Below are positions 34,798 to 47,553 of a DNA stretch of 64,000 nucleotides, in pieces (within the stretch, counting starts at the first letter, position 1; every line of letters starts with the position of its first letter). The DNA is taken from positions 54,870,001 through 54,934,000 of the forward strand of contig JBNRSN020000024.1 of assembly GCA_051313645.2 (NCBI GenBank), written 5' to 3'. Below the pieces are notes generated by a model. That model worked only from the letters and a program-made list of their open reading frames with translations. It had not been told where the DNA came from and searched no databases. Source of the DNA: Centroscyllium fabricii (Eukaryota). The position numbers and the translations under genes are program-made.

Positions 34798-36597
34798 TTA
34801 ACGGCGTCTTCGAGCTTTAGTTTTTCTTTTCCGGTGGTGTTGTTTCTGCCCATCCACAGCCAGTTCCTCGACCAAGTGGCTTCCATCTTCCTGCTGGTCA
34901 ACGCACATTCCCCGCCACTCGGCGGCCGTCCATTCAATTATATCTATATCTCTGTCCTCAACTTTTGCCAAGATCTCTAAGGTGTTTTTGAGTTCAGTTC
35001 GTGGTTTATTAGACCCCTCTATGCAGGATGCCAGCTCCTTCTCCTCCTCGTGAGCTGGTGATGATGATGGCAAATCTGCCAAGGCTTGTGGATTTTACTC
35101 CAGCTGCGCCATAGTGTTAAGCTGGATCTGCCGTCTGTCAATTTGTTGTGTGAGCTCACCGCCATCATTCTGTGCGTTGTCTATCAGTAGCTCTTGTTGT
35201 TTTCCAAAATTAACTTTTAGCAAATCGGCTTTCACAGTTGTAATTTCGGCCTGCAACCCTTCAACTAGACCTTGCATGTCGGAGCGCAACCCATCAATTT
35301 GACCTTGCAGGGCATCTCTTTGTTTGCGAGCTTCCAACAGTTCATGCTTCAGCCTGTTTAACGTGGTGGCACCATCTCTTTCAGCTTCGATGTTTATGTT
35401 CTGAATTGGGTTCCAATTGGGATTAATTTTCTCGATCCATTCTCTGCCCAACAGTGGTGCTCCACCAGTCGGTAAAACGTAGAGATGTAGTCTTGATATA
35501 GTCTTGCCATTACAGTTGATGGTAACTGTGATATATCCCTTTGGACATATCTGTTCTCCCACATACGTTTTCAACGTCATTGTCGTGTCCTGCAACGGTA
35601 TGTGGTTGAAATACCTTTTGTAATCGGTAACATTGATTACTGATAAGGCTGAGCCTGTATCCACGTCCATATTTAGCGTCGTACCTGCTATGCTGACCTT
35701 GAGCCATTGTATGTGGTGGTCCATTTGCTTCCCACCATTGTAGCTTTCTAGGCATCCCAGGCCCATATAGTCCATTTGGGTGCGTTCTGATGCCTCGTTG
35801 GAACTACTGTCCTCCAGACTATTAATCTTTTTGGAACTCTTTGGGCTCATCTTCGGGCTACCCCTTCTGTTAGTTTTGAGTGAGCGACAAACCTTTGCGA
35901 TGTGTCCTATCTTGCCACATTGCCAGCATGTCTTCTCCCGGAACCAACAGTCACTTTGGGCGTGAGTTGTGGCACCGCAACGGTAGCATCTATCAACTCT
36001 TTGAGACATCCTATTCGCCTCAAACTCCCGCTCCCGTGGTCGGTGGTGAATTTCCGCGGCACTCTTATCTGCCGCTTCGTGGGACAAGGCTATGTTAAAA
36101 GCCGTTTCCAAAGTCAAGTCTTCCTTTGTTAAAAGCAGCTTTTGCGTGCTCTCACTGACTAATCCACAAACGAATCTGTCTCTTAGCAGTTCAGTACGCA
36201 TGTCTCCATATTGACAATGGTCTGCTAGTTTCCTTAACTCAGAGAGGTATTCCGCATTTGACTCCCCTCAATGTTGATCTCTTCAGTGGAATTTAAACCG
36301 TTCAGCGATGATCAACGGTGCCGGGCTTAGATGCTCCTTCAGCAATGTGACTATTTGCGTGTACGTCTTGTCAAGCGGTTTCACCGACGTCGCTAAGCTT
36401 TTTAAAAGCCCGAAAGTCTTCGCGCCCATCACATTTAAAAGGGTTATAGCCTTTTTATCATCAGCAATTTCATTAGCTTTACAATATATTTCAATTCCAT
36501 CGATATATGTGTCCCAATTTTCAATCTCGCTATCAAAAGCTGCCAAGCTATTATTTTTGGCCATTTTCCCACCTAAACTGCCGTTTCTCTCTTCCAA
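34798..36597 (-). pseudogene. gag: Single 600-codon frame (three internal stops): Gag, two zinc knuckles, aspartic protease, coiled-coil, basic tail
   Basis: ORFs 36283-36597, 35095-36201 and 34798-35082 share one frame. CYRCGATTHAQSDC, CWQCGKIGHIAKVC, VDTGSALS, LLGREW. Confidence 0.85.
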
Positions 36598-36924
36598 AAT
36601 GGCGTTTCCCCGTTCCTTTCTGTTCTCTGCCGGCGCTTTTCCCGCCTTTCTTCCCCGCTATGCTGCGCGGTGTGCGTGGTGGCGCCCTTTTTTTTTCTCT
36701 CGGCCGCGCTCCCCGCTAACCGGTTGTGGGTTGCCACGCTGTTTGCCCCCGCGGAGTTTCTGCTCACCTGGTCCCTTCTCCCTCCCGTCGTTTTTGGCCC
36801 TGCCCGACGCTGTCTGACCAATTACCGCGATCTTGCAGCTATTAGCGGTACCTGAGCCTGTGGCTGGAGAATCAATCGTGTTCCTCAACAGCCTCCTTGC
36901 CTCCTTATTGCCGTGTCTGTCTGC

Positions 36925-37240
36925 TGCTCTGGGCTGCCGCGCTGCTTCTGGCTGTGTCTTCCGTTTTTTTTACTCTGGGGCTGCCGCTGCTCTCAGTCCC
37001 GCGCTACTTCTGGGTTTTTTTTTCTTCTGAGGCTTCCGCTACTCTCAGCCCCGCGCTACTTCTTCTGGGGTTTGTAGGTTTTTTTTCTTCTGAGGCTGCC
37101 GCTGCTCTCAGCCCCGCGCTACTTCTGGTTTGTTTTTTTCTTCTGAGACACGCCGCTGCTCTCAGGCCCGCGCTGCTACTTCTGGGTTTTGTAGTTTAAT
37201 TTTTTCTGAGGCTGCCGTTGCTCTCAGCCCCGCGCTGCAG
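36925..37240. repeat. About 50-bp tandem repeats in the leader of element 5
   Basis: Units of GGCTGCCGCTGCTCTCAGCCCCGCGCTACTTCTGG plus a T run. Confidence 0.85.
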
Positions 37241-37560
37241 GAAGTTTTCTGCTGCTCGGTCGACGGCCGATTCTCCAAGCAGTGTGCTGGAGAAGTTTTC
37301 CTTGTTGCAGCTAGTGAGTCCTTCCGTTATCTCGTCGCCAGTGTTACGTATAGACTTACTAAGGGACCCGGACACAGGGTAACAATAAGAAGGGTGTTTA
37401 TTCATGGGAGACCAGGAGGAAACTGAATACAGTGTGTAGTGCAGCACTATTTATGCTGGGTGGCCTGAGGAGGTATTACCGTGTTCCTCCGCCATACAGC
37501 AAATAGTGCAGCTCCATCAATACAGCAAATAGTGCAGCTCCATCACATACACTGCAATCA

Positions 37561-38270
37561 GCTGTGGCTCAGTGGGTAGCACACCGCCTCTGAGTCAGAA
37601 GGTTGTGGGTTCATAAAGCTAGGCCAACACTCCAGTGCAGTGCTGAGGGAGTGCTGCACTGCCAGAGGTGCCGTCTTTTGGATGAGACGTTAAATCGATG
37701 CCCCGTCTGCTCTCTCTGGTGGACGTAAAAGATCCCATGGCACTATTTCGAAGAAGAGCAGGGGAGTTATCCCTGGTGTCCTGGCCAATATTTATCCCTC
37801 AATCATCATCACTAAAACAGATTATCTGGTCATTAGTGAGATGCCTCAAATCAAAGATGGCAGCGAGTTCTTAATTAAGTGGCTTTTATTAACAAGGAAC
37901 TGAACCGTGTCCCCGATGAGCCTGCCCGGAATGAGAGATAAGTGGGCGGAGCATTCTCCTTTATACTAGTACCCAGAGGCGGGGTCAGCCGGTACAGGTC
38001 CTTACAGAAAGGTACAAATATTAACAGATATATAACAAACACATTAAACAAAACTATATACAATAACCGTACAGTGTGAACCACACCAAAAGGTTCATCA
38101 CAATTAGCACATTGCTGTTTGTGAGAACTTGCTGTGCGCAAATTGTATGCCGCGTTTCCCACATTACAACAGTGACGCCACTTCAAAAGGTACTTCATTG
38201 GCTGTAAAGTGCTTTGAGATGTCCGGTGGTCATGAAAGACGCGATAGAAATGCAAGTCTTTCTTTCTTCT
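37561..38270 (+). mobile_element. DeuSINE (SacSINE1-like) interrupted by a solo LTR; other copies at 34258-34385 (-), 49488-50035 (+, with a 21-bp tandem repeat at 49600-49740) and 62345-62757 (-)
   Basis: tRNA A/B-box head (TGGCTCAGTGGG...GGGTTCA), Deu-like body, (TCTT)n tail. Confidence 0.8.
37837..38102 (-). mobile_element. Solo LTR of the Mag-like lineage
   Basis: Element-strand TGTGATGAA...TCA with AATAAAAGCC. TSD ATTAG. Confidence 0.88.
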
Positions 38271-38612
38271 TCTTTCAAAGTAAGGTCTCTCAAACAGCAT
38301 TGAGATCTCAGCTGGTGTGAGTTCTGATCAGAGCTTTCAAGGGTGTAACGGGTGGAATTTCCCAGAGAAGCCTGGAGGCTCTCCCCAATATGACCCTTTA
38401 ACATGAGGATGTGTTGTTGGCAGAAGATTCACCCAAGACACCACACCTGAATTTAAAGTGTTAGCCTGAATGCAGCAGAATTCCAGTGTAATTGGGTTCC
38501 ACTCCAAATTTTGCCTCCTTCACCTCCAGAGTAGAAATCAAGTTTTCTGTCTTCTTCAGCCCCAGGAATTTCAGGGCTAATATATTCTTATTTGACTAAT
38601 AACAAACTCTTA

Positions 38613-39260
38613 GGGGGAAAAATGTTGCTGCTTTGCCGCCGACACCTCCCGCGAAATTCAGCGTCAGGTTTGCACCGGCTAACCGTTAGCGTGCTGTGGC
38701 GCTGCAGGCGATGACATCATCGCCGTGTGCAGTGCCCCGTCCGCGATCTTCGGTATCGCCCCCTGACTTACCGCCGGACGCTATGTCCGACAGGCCTACC
38801 TGCGGCCGGGGCAACGTTATTTAAAGACGAGGCGTCGGGCGGCAATTTTTGATGCTGGCCGCCTGCCAGCACCTGTTTCCGCTGCCGTCGCCGGTCTCCT
38901 GACCGCCCCCCCCCCCACCCCGCTGAATGCCGGCTGCGCTCCATGAGCCCGGCACTTCTCTTCAGTGCCGGGCTCTTTTGCCGGCACTCCGATCCCCGGG
39001 GGCCCTGGGTGGTGCAGCGCAAGGCCCCCCCCCCCCCGTAAGAAGGGGAGAAAGGCCTGCAATACCGTGGTGCGACCTGCCACAGCGCATAACGCTGCAG
39101 CACGTAATGACGCAATATTCCATCGCATCGCCCCATGAGGGAGGGGGGGCACTTCAAGTAGCTATCTTTCGTCCATGGGGCGCTAATTTTTCCGGGGCGA
39201 TAAAAGTAGCTCCCTGGTGAAGTTAGTGACCCAAAGGGGGCGCAACTCAATTTTTCCCCC
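38613..39260. mobile_element. GC-rich Harbinger-type MITE
   Basis: TTA|GGGGGAAAAAT...ATTTTTCCCCC|TTA. Confidence 0.8.
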
Positions 39261-39402
39261 TTAAAGTTTTTTTTCTCTCACAGGACTGAAATCCTGATTT
39301 TACTCCACAATCCGAATATTATTTTGGGATGAAGATTCCAAAGAGATGCATTGTGCCATAAGGAACATCATGGAAACATTCTCAAGATGCAGTTTGGTTT
39401 AC

Positions 39403-39830
39403 TCCTCGGAGTTGTTCTCCTTGAAGCAGGGAAGATTGAGAGGTGACTTGATAGAGGTGTTCAAAATCATGAGGGGTCTGGACAGAGTAGATAGAGAGAG
39501 AAACTGTTCCCATTGTCGGAAGGGTCGAGAACCAGAGGACACAGATTGAAGGTGATTGGCAAAAGAACCAAAGGCGACAAAAGAAATAACTTTTTTACGC
39601 AGTGATTGGTTATGATCTGGAATGCACTGCCTGAAAGGGTGGAGGAGGCAGATTCAATCACGGCTTTCAAAAGAGAATTGGATAAGTATCAGAAAGAACA
39701 AAATTTGCAGGGCTACCGGGAAAGGGTGGGGGAGTGGGACTAGCTTAGGTGGTCTTGCAAAGAGCTGGCATGGGCTTGATGGGCCGAATGGCCTTCTTCC
39801 ATGCTGTAACCATTCTATGATTCTATGATT
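39403..39830 (+). mobile_element. CR1 LINE 3' fragment
   Basis: LFSLKQGRLRGDLIEVFKIMRGLDRVD and (ATTCTATG)n tail. Confidence 0.9.
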
Positions 39831-39836
39831 TACAAT

Positions 39837-40551
39837 GGGCCAGAAATTCCAGTCTGCCCATATCGAGTTTCTGGTGCGAGCGCACCAGAGCTTAAACCCG
39901 CAGGAAGCAGCCGGTTGCGCTGCTTCAGGTTTTCCTGAGCCGGCCAGCGGGGGGGTTGGAGTTCCTGCGAGGACCAGCACAGGAACCAGCGAAGTACGGA
40001 CCAAGACCAGGAGATTCTACGCTGGGAAAAAGCAGTCGTAAGTATCCGTTTTTATCTGGTAAGTGTGTATTTTATTGATTTTAATTGTTGTTTTTTCAGG
40101 TTTTTAATTGTTGATAACTTTAAAGGCAGTTAAGTATTTTTTTAGACCTGTTGGAAGTTGAAAACATTTTCTGTAAATTTTTCTTTTTTCTTTAAAATAG
40201 GTTATTTGTGTTAGTTGGGGTAATGTTAAAAAAATGTGGTGTTTGTAAAATTTTATTTTTGAGTTTAGATGTCTTTTGGGCAATCTCTCCTTTCAAAACT
40301 TGCACAGATTTCTGTGTGGAAGTTTTGAACGGAGAATTGGTTCCAATGATTGGCTCCCTGCCAATCAGGTGGTCTCAAAAGCCATCTCGCACTAATTACG
40401 CCCTTCAGATGCCCATGAAACTCGCACGGAGCTCTGACAGGCTGGGCTAACTGGAATTTCTCAGTGCAAAAAGCAAACCTGATTATGGGCAGTGCAAGTG
40501 CAACTAGCAGGTACTGCACCCGCACGAAGGCTCCACTGCAATTTCGGGGCC
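39837..40551. mobile_element. Non-autonomous TIR element, close copy of 47554-48312
   Basis: GGGCCAGAAATT / AATTTCGGGGCC termini, AAT flanks. The two copies are highly similar. Confidence 0.85.
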
Positions 40552-40664
40552 AATATAGCTAAGAGATTCCTACTCAATATATGCCTTTTGGGAAATAATT
40601 TTCCATGGGGCACTGTATGAGATTACTCTGGATTGTTTAAATGTAATTCTCTTTCCTGAGGAAG

Positions 40665-41380
40665 AGTTCAAGTTCAAGTTCAAGTTTATTGTCACATGTA
40701 CTAAATACAATCTAGACAGTGAAATGCTTACTGCTACCTGAATGCACCACGCAGCAAGGACATTAAGCTGCCCGGCACGCACGAGCCCGCAAAACGCCAG
40801 CCATTCTTCGGCGCCATCATCGTAGGTCCCGTTCCTGCTCCGGCCTCTCAGTACGATGTTAATTGTCCTCTACCGCTCCGTCAACTTGCTCTGCTGCTGT
40901 TCCTTCCGATGTTACTCTTGATTTGATTCCTTTCGGCCGGACACCATGCCGGCTCCCCCAAATCCACGGAGCTCCGAACTTCAGGAGCAGCGTCCTGGGG
41001 CCTGGCTCTCGGCTAGTCCAGCACCCTCCGGCTCCCCCCGAGCTCCGGGCCAGGGGCCTGGGGCCTAGTCCAGCACCCTCCGGCTCCCCCCGAACTCTAG
41101 GCCTGGGGCCTAGCCAGCACTCTCCGGCCCCAGCTCCCCCGAAACCTGGGGCCTAGCACTCGGCCTGGTGACATCCCGGATCTCCCCGAGTCCTCCAAGC
41201 TCCCCGCTCTCACTCCCGTCGGCCGATCGGCGTCCCGCATCTTGCAGCCTTACCGGGCTCCCTCCCGGCGCCGTGGATGGCGGCCGATTCGAGCAGATTG
41301 ACTTTACCTCGAGGAGCAGCCGCAATGGCGGCCGCTCCAGCTGGGACCGGACCGGAATGTGCATGTTTTAAAAGATCCGG
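40665..41380 (-). mobile_element. Probable non-LTR retroelement derivative (Rex1/Babar- or L2-type tail) with a GC-rich tandemly repeated body
   Basis: AATAAA followed by (CTTGAA)n on the minus strand. Repeats at 40996-41160. No coding remnant recognised. Confidence 0.4.
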
Positions 41381-41589
41381 GGCTTCTAACCAAGCTGCTG
41401 CTGCTTCTGGTCCAGAGAGAAATAGCTGGCCATTGGGATAGTTTGCTTAATTTTGTATATTGAACAGACTAAGACAACCAGCTTATGAGTGCCTTCAGTA
41501 AAATGGCAGGTTGTATTTCCCACTGTACCTCAACTAAACCTTTGAAAGTCCAAACTGGTCGATGCCTGCCTGTTGAATGCTGTGCAGAT

Positions 41590-44551
41590 TCTGAACGAAA
41601 TAACGACCTCGTGGACGAGTAGTTAAGAGGGTAAAACAATTGTCGTTCTTGATTTTACCCCGCTCTTTGTTGTTGAACATAAAAGCGACTGAGCGTTGGT
41701 CAGTCAGCAGGGTAAATCGCTTGCCGGCCAGGTAGTGCTTCCAGTGACGCACTGCTTCAACAATGGCCTGGGCCTCCTTCTCGACTGAGGAGTGACGGGT
41801 CTCGGGGCCCTGGAGGGTACGTGAGAAGAAGGCCACGGGTCTGCCCGCCTGGTTAAGGGTGGCGGCCAGGGCAAAGTCCGATGCATCGCTCTCGACCTGG
41901 AACGGGACGGACTCGTCCACCGCATGCATCGTTGCCTTTGCAATGTCGTCCTTAATGCCGCAGAACGCCGTGCGGGCATCTGCTGACAGGGGGAATGAGG
42001 TTGATTTAAGTAGTGGGCGAACTTTGTCCACATAGTTGGGGACCCACTGGGCATAATAGGCGAAGAACCCCAAGCACCTTTTGAGGGCCTTGAGGGAGTG
42101 GGGGAGGGGGAGCTCCAGGAGGGGGCGCATGCGGTCCGGGTCGGGACCGATGACCCCATTCTCCACAACACTGCCGAGGATGGCGAGGCGGGTAGTCCTG
42201 AACACACATTTTTCAGTGTTATAGGTCAGGTTGAGTGTTTTGGCGGTGTGGAGACATTTCTGGAGGTTGGCGTCATGGTCCTGCTGATCGTCGCCGCAGA
42301 TGGTCACATTATCGAGATACGGGAAAGTGGCTCGCAGCCCGTACTGATCGACCATTCGGTCCATCTCCCTTTGGAAGACTGAGACCCCATTCGTGACGCC
42401 AAACGGAACCCTGAGGAAGTGATAGAGGCGACCGTCAGCCTCGAAGGCAGTATAGAGACGGTCCTCTGGGCGAATGGGGAGCTGGTGATACGCGGACTTC
42501 AGATCTATAGTTGAGAAGACCCGAAACTGCGCGATTTGATTTACCATGTCCGCTATCCGGGGGAGGGGGTACGCGTCTAACTGGGTGAACCGGTTAATGG
42601 TCTGGCTATAGTCCACTACCTTCCGATTCTTAGCTCCGGTCTTTACCACCACTACCTGCGCCCTCCAGGGGCTGTTACTGGCCTCAATAACCCCCTCCCT
42701 CAGGAGGCGCTTCACCTCGGACTTGATGAAGTCCATGTCCCCGGCACTGTAGCGCCTACTTTTGGTGGCGACGGGCTTGCAGTCCGGGGTGAGGTTAGCA
42801 AAGAGCGAGGGAGGGCCGACCTTAAGGGTCGAGAGGCCACAGGTAGCGCGCTGGGGATGCTGCGAGGAGCGCCGGTTGCAGACCGTGAGCGGGGGAAGGG
42901 GCCCACCGTACGCCATGGTAATGCTTTGGAGATGGCACTGGAAGTCCAGGCTTAATAATAATGGAGTGCAGAGCTGCGGCAGCACAAAAAATTTAAAATG
43001 ATTAAAGTGCACGCCCCGTACAGTTAGAGCCACCGCGCAACGTCCGGAGACGTCCGCGGATTCTGACTTTGATGCCATGGATATCTTTTGGCTCGCTGGC
43101 ATAACCTTAAGGGAGAGGCGCCTTACTGTTTCTGGGTGGACAAAACTCACTGTGCTCCCGCTGTCGAAGAGGCACTCAATGTCTTGTCCGTTCACTTCCA
43201 CCGTCATCATTGACTTCCCAAGTGGTTGCGCCTTGTTTTGGTCCAGGGTGACTGAAGCTAATATCGGATCGGTCGAGTCGTCTTGATCCATAGAGAAGTC
43301 GTCTGGGGCCTGGCCCCAAGATGGCTGCCGCCATGTGGTGTACTGCGGAGGGGGTGGCTGAGACCAAGATGGCATCTGCTGCCACGCGGTGGGCCGTGTT
43401 GAGGATGGCTGTGTCCAAGATGGCTTCCCCCACGGCCCACACGCGGCACTGCCCGGTTTCGGTTGCGGCGCTGCAGTTGCTCTGCAGACTTTGGCATAGT
43501 GTCCCTTTTTGCCGCATTTCGAGCAGTCCGCGTCTCTTGCCGGGCAGCTCCGTCTCGGATGCTGAGGCTGTCCGCAGAAGTAGCATTTGGCCGTCTTAGA
43601 GCGAGCGGCCGCAGTCATTTCTTCCGCCGGCCGCGGCGCCGGCGATGTCCAATTTGTCGGGGCTGGGCCCGCGTAGTTTCCAGAGTAGGATGATAGGTTC
43701 AACGATGCCGCATCCAGCGCATTGCCCAGGTCCGCTGTTGCCTGCAGGTCAAGGCCGTTCTGCTCTAACAGCCTTTGTCAAATATAGTCCGATCTGAGGC
43801 CCGTCACGTACGCGTCCCTGATCAGGCTGTCCACATGGACCTGGGCCGATTGCGCTCTGCATTTACAGGCCCGGGAGAGTAGTCGCAGCGCGCGTAGGAA
43901 TTCCACGCTGGACTCACCGGGTTGCTGTTTTCTGGTAGCCAAGAGGTGTCTGGCGTGGACGATGTTGGGTGCCCGGTTGTACTCCGACTTGAGGATCCTG
44001 AGTGCATCCAAGTACGATGATGCATCTACGATCATGGAGTATACCTGAGGGCCCACCTGGGCGTTGAGGAGACGCCGTTTGTCTTCTTCGGTCCTGACGA
44101 CCGCTGCGTTCGCCTTGATGAACGCAGCAAAGCAGTCAAACCAGTGCGTAAACGTATTTGATGCGCCTGGTGTCCGGGGATCCAGCTCGAACGTTGCTGG
44201 CTTGAGCATTGCTTCCATCGTCAAATTTAGTGAATAAAATTGTGACCGAAATAACGACCTCGTGGACGAGTAGTTAAGAGGGTAAAACAATTCAGCTTTT
44301 ATTCACTAAAGGTGGACATGCACCAGCTAGTCGACCATCCCCAGGAATGGCAGGGGGATGGGAGATGGCCGCTTATGTACCTGGCCCCGGGAGGGAGGAG
44401 TCGCAGGCGGAGCCAGCATGGGCATGTCCAGGTAATCGTATACAATGAACTATGATACAACATGGTGAATAGTACGATTACAACAATACATATATATACA
44501 AGACAGAGTGGATAGATATACATATAATACATAGAAGAGTGGTTTACCGCA
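41590..44551 (-). mobile_element. Mag-like Gypsy element 3, deleted from the end of RNase H to the last 52 bp of the 3' LTR
   Basis: 5' LTR 44241-44551, 3' remnant 41590-41641, TSD CAGAT (41585-41589 and 44552-44556). Confidence 0.93.
41642..44218 (-). pseudogene. gag-pol: Gag-PR-RT-RNase H polyprotein of element 3, one in-frame TGA at 43778-43780, integrase absent
   Basis: ORFs 43778-44290 and 41534-43702 are in the same frame. LFDSGS, YLDN, SDASDFA, TDQRS. Confidence 0.92.
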
Positions 44552-45094
44552 CAGATTACTGTGATTTTTGTTGCTATTATCAGATTATGGGAATCATCAA
44601 GGAGACATGTAATCACCTCTTTAGGGATCAGTGTCATCATACTTACGCTGGGCAGCTTCCTCTACTGAATGGATCAAAAACATTTGTACTGAAGTCAAAC
44701 AAACCACCATCACAGTTCTTCTCTGCTCTTGTCCACATCTGCAATCAGAAGAATCTCCACCATTATGCTGGAGTCTGGCTCGTCCCCCTCAGAAGAGCTT
44801 TAACCGGGGGCCCCTACTCTATAGGCTGCAGCAACCTGCACCCTGATCCAGTTTTGTAGGCAGTGTGTAGTTTAATGGTTGCCACTGCAGACAATTTGGA
44901 GGGATGCACAGCTCGAAGTCTTTTCAAATTAAATCTAAAAAAGATGATTAATTGCACCCTTGCAAAAAACAAGAGTGACTTAAATTTGCATTTAAATTGT
45001 TGATTTTAAACAACAAAAACCACGCACATCTCTTTGGCATGAAACCCAATGGAAATACTCTATTTCAGGTAAGATTTTTTTAAAAACTGCCCAT

Positions 45095-45280
45095 CCTTGA
45101 AATGCGCAGCAGGTCTGTCAGCAGCTGAATCAAAGATTGATTAATGTTTCTGGCAGAGACTCTCCATCATAATAAAACCTTCACAGTTCTGACAAAAGGT
45201 CTCTACCTGAAACATGAATCTGTCTTTTCTCTTTTCAGATGTGGACAGACCCACACGGTGCGTTTTCTATTTTTATTCCG
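45095..45280. mobile_element. Degenerate palindromic Penelope-derived repeat with decayed hammerhead cores
   Basis: CTGACAA-AGGT-CTCT-ACCT-GAAAC at about 45190 and an inverted partner upstream. Confidence 0.45.
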
Positions 45281-46164
45281 CCATTTTAAGTACAGTTTAC
45301 AAAAGTATTGCAGACGTGCCTCAAGAACCATCTTAAAAAACTTTAATAAATGAAAGGCAGCTGAAAGAATCTTTGTGTTGAAAAGCACTGGACAGATTAT
45401 GATTATGCAATATTCATGATTAGAGAAATGACATCAAATTTAAGAAAATAGTAAACCTTAAGATAATAGTGTACAACACAGTAAGAATTGGACTATAATA
45501 CATAAGTACTTATAGCTCCAACAGTTGTGGCTTTTACTGATTATTTGCAATGCAGTAAAGATGTTAAAGTGTTACCAAGGTAACAGTCTCAATTCTCAAA
45601 CCATTCACAATTATCAGAGGTAGAATTCTGTAGCGATTCAAAACAAGTGTTTTATACAGATCTATGCACTCTCCCAATAGACTATTGTTAGATTATAAAC
45701 TAGCACTGAAGCATGGGCCTGCTTATGATATCAAAAACGAACATCAATGGCAGGAGTTCACAGGACATGAATCACTGAAACTAGCTGTCAATCCGTGCAG
45801 AAGCTTGCATGTGTGCTAGTTCCAACATTTCCTCATGACTCCCGTGATGCATGTAAACCCAGCCACCCACACGGAACAATGTTCCACAGCACTACCATGG
45901 ATACACATTAACCAATCAATTAAAGCATTAAATAAAAGTTACCACCCCATTGCGAGAGACTAAACCACTACATTAACCACAGAAAACACCTGGATAAAAA
46001 ATAAATGGGCAGTGAAATGTGAAACAATTTCACCTAGATATTCAACACAAATCACCTCAGATAGGTCCTGCTCCATCTGAAAAAAATGTCTTTCCACAGC
46101 TAAATGTTCCACTTTCCATAAAACCTAATAGCTGATGCGATCTTAGCCCATTGAACTCAAGCCA

Positions 46165-47335
46165 TTGAGAGGCGATCTAATCGAAACGTATATGATTGTG
46201 AGGGGGCTTGATCGGGTGGATGCGGTGAGGATGTTTCCACTGATGGGTGAGACAAGAAGTAGGGGGCATAATCTTAGAATAAGGGGCTGCCCTTTCAAAA
46301 CTGAGATGTGTAAGGGGTGTGTAAGAGAAGCGCTGTTCCAAATGCCTTTTCCCTCCCAAGGAGAGATTTCCAAGAGCTCCAACCGCTTCCAGAGAGTCAA
46401 TACAAGAGAAGAGAAGAGGAGCCAATGGTACCCAATGTCTTTTCCCAAGAGCGAAGAGCTAAGAGAGCGAACTGTGCAAAATGTCTGATAGTTATACCAA
46501 AATGCTGTGGGCTTAATGCCTTGCCAATCATTGAATGTTTTGTACTATTAAAACGGTTTTCTGTATTCATTGTCTAGCCAACCTGCTGGGGATGGCTTGA
46601 GAGCAGCCCTAACTGCTTCTGTGAGCGTTTCGTTATCTAAAGAGGGTGCAAATCGTTTTATTGCTAACTTGCTGTACAAATCCTAAGCCTGGCTATTTGG
46701 GCCAGTTAGTCGAGATTTGCAGTATTTTAGATGCTTATTATCTGGGTGCATTTTCATTGTTGGGCTAAACGGTTCTGGGGGGAGCTGGTCAGTTCTTTAC
46801 AACCAAAGGTTGGTTTTCAGCGCCTCCATGTCTGGGTTTTTGCGGGCTTTTTACAGGACTGTAAAACTTATAAATGTAGTTTCGTTTTAGCTCTGGCCGT
46901 CTTATCACATGGTCCGGTGGCCATCTTTTGGGGCCCCTTTTCCCTTTTTTCCTTTCATCAAACTGCAGCCTGTTTCCCTCTGCTGCTATTTTGCTCAATA
47001 AAATGTTCAATCAAACCAGGTGTCTCTTGTCCTTTGTGAATCTTTATGAATCGGGAATATTGCGACCTTACAGATGAGGAGAAACTTCTTCACTCAGAGG
47101 GTAGTAAATCAATGGAATTTGCTACCTCAGAGAGCTGTGGAAGCTGCGACATTAAATATATTTCAAACGGAGATAGATAGTTTCCGAGCTGATAAGGGAA
47201 TAAGGGGTTACGGGGAGTGGGCAGGGAAGTAGACGTGAGTCTAAGTTCGGATCAGCCATGATCTTATTGTGTGGTGGAGCAGGCCCGAGGGGCCATATGG
47301 CCTACTCCTGCTCCTGCTTCTTATGTTCTTATGTT
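46165..47335 (+). mobile_element. CR1 3' fragment split by a solo LTR
   Basis: RGDLIETYMIVRGLDRVD...FKTEM|RRNFFTQRVVN rejoins across the insert. Confidence 0.9.
46309..47072 (+). mobile_element. Long solo LTR (ERV-like or Gypsy)
   Basis: TGTAAGG...CCTTACA, 4-bp TSD GATG, TATAAAT near 46869, AATAAA near 46997. Confidence 0.88.
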
Positions 47336-47553
47336 ATTATTAGGTAGCATTGTCATTGTTTACTCATTTGGAGTGGTTGGAGCAGTGACGTTGCCATTGA
47401 ATTTCACAGTCTTATACCTGTATTGAATTTGCAAAGTGCATGTCTGTTCACTTTACTGGAATGGAAAACCTAGTGCCCCTTGTTGCGTAACCTAAATCTA
47501 CAAAAGCCAACTTCAGATTCAAGGAACAACAGGAAAAAGAAACAGATATTATT

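Larger units (their letters stand above)
34394..37556 (-). mobile_element. Non-autonomous Gypsy-derived LTR element (element 5) with Gag-protease only
   Basis: 215-bp LTRs at 34394-34608 and 37342-37556 (about 4 differences), TSD ATCAG, PBS TGGCGACGAG, PPT AAAAGGGGAGGAA. No RT, RH or IN. Confidence 0.93.

Noticed and set aside
37561-37640. tRNA genes at SINE heads (also 6660-6733, 13790-13861, 49488-49560)
   Set aside because: A/B boxes run straight into SINE bodies and no full cloverleaf is evident.
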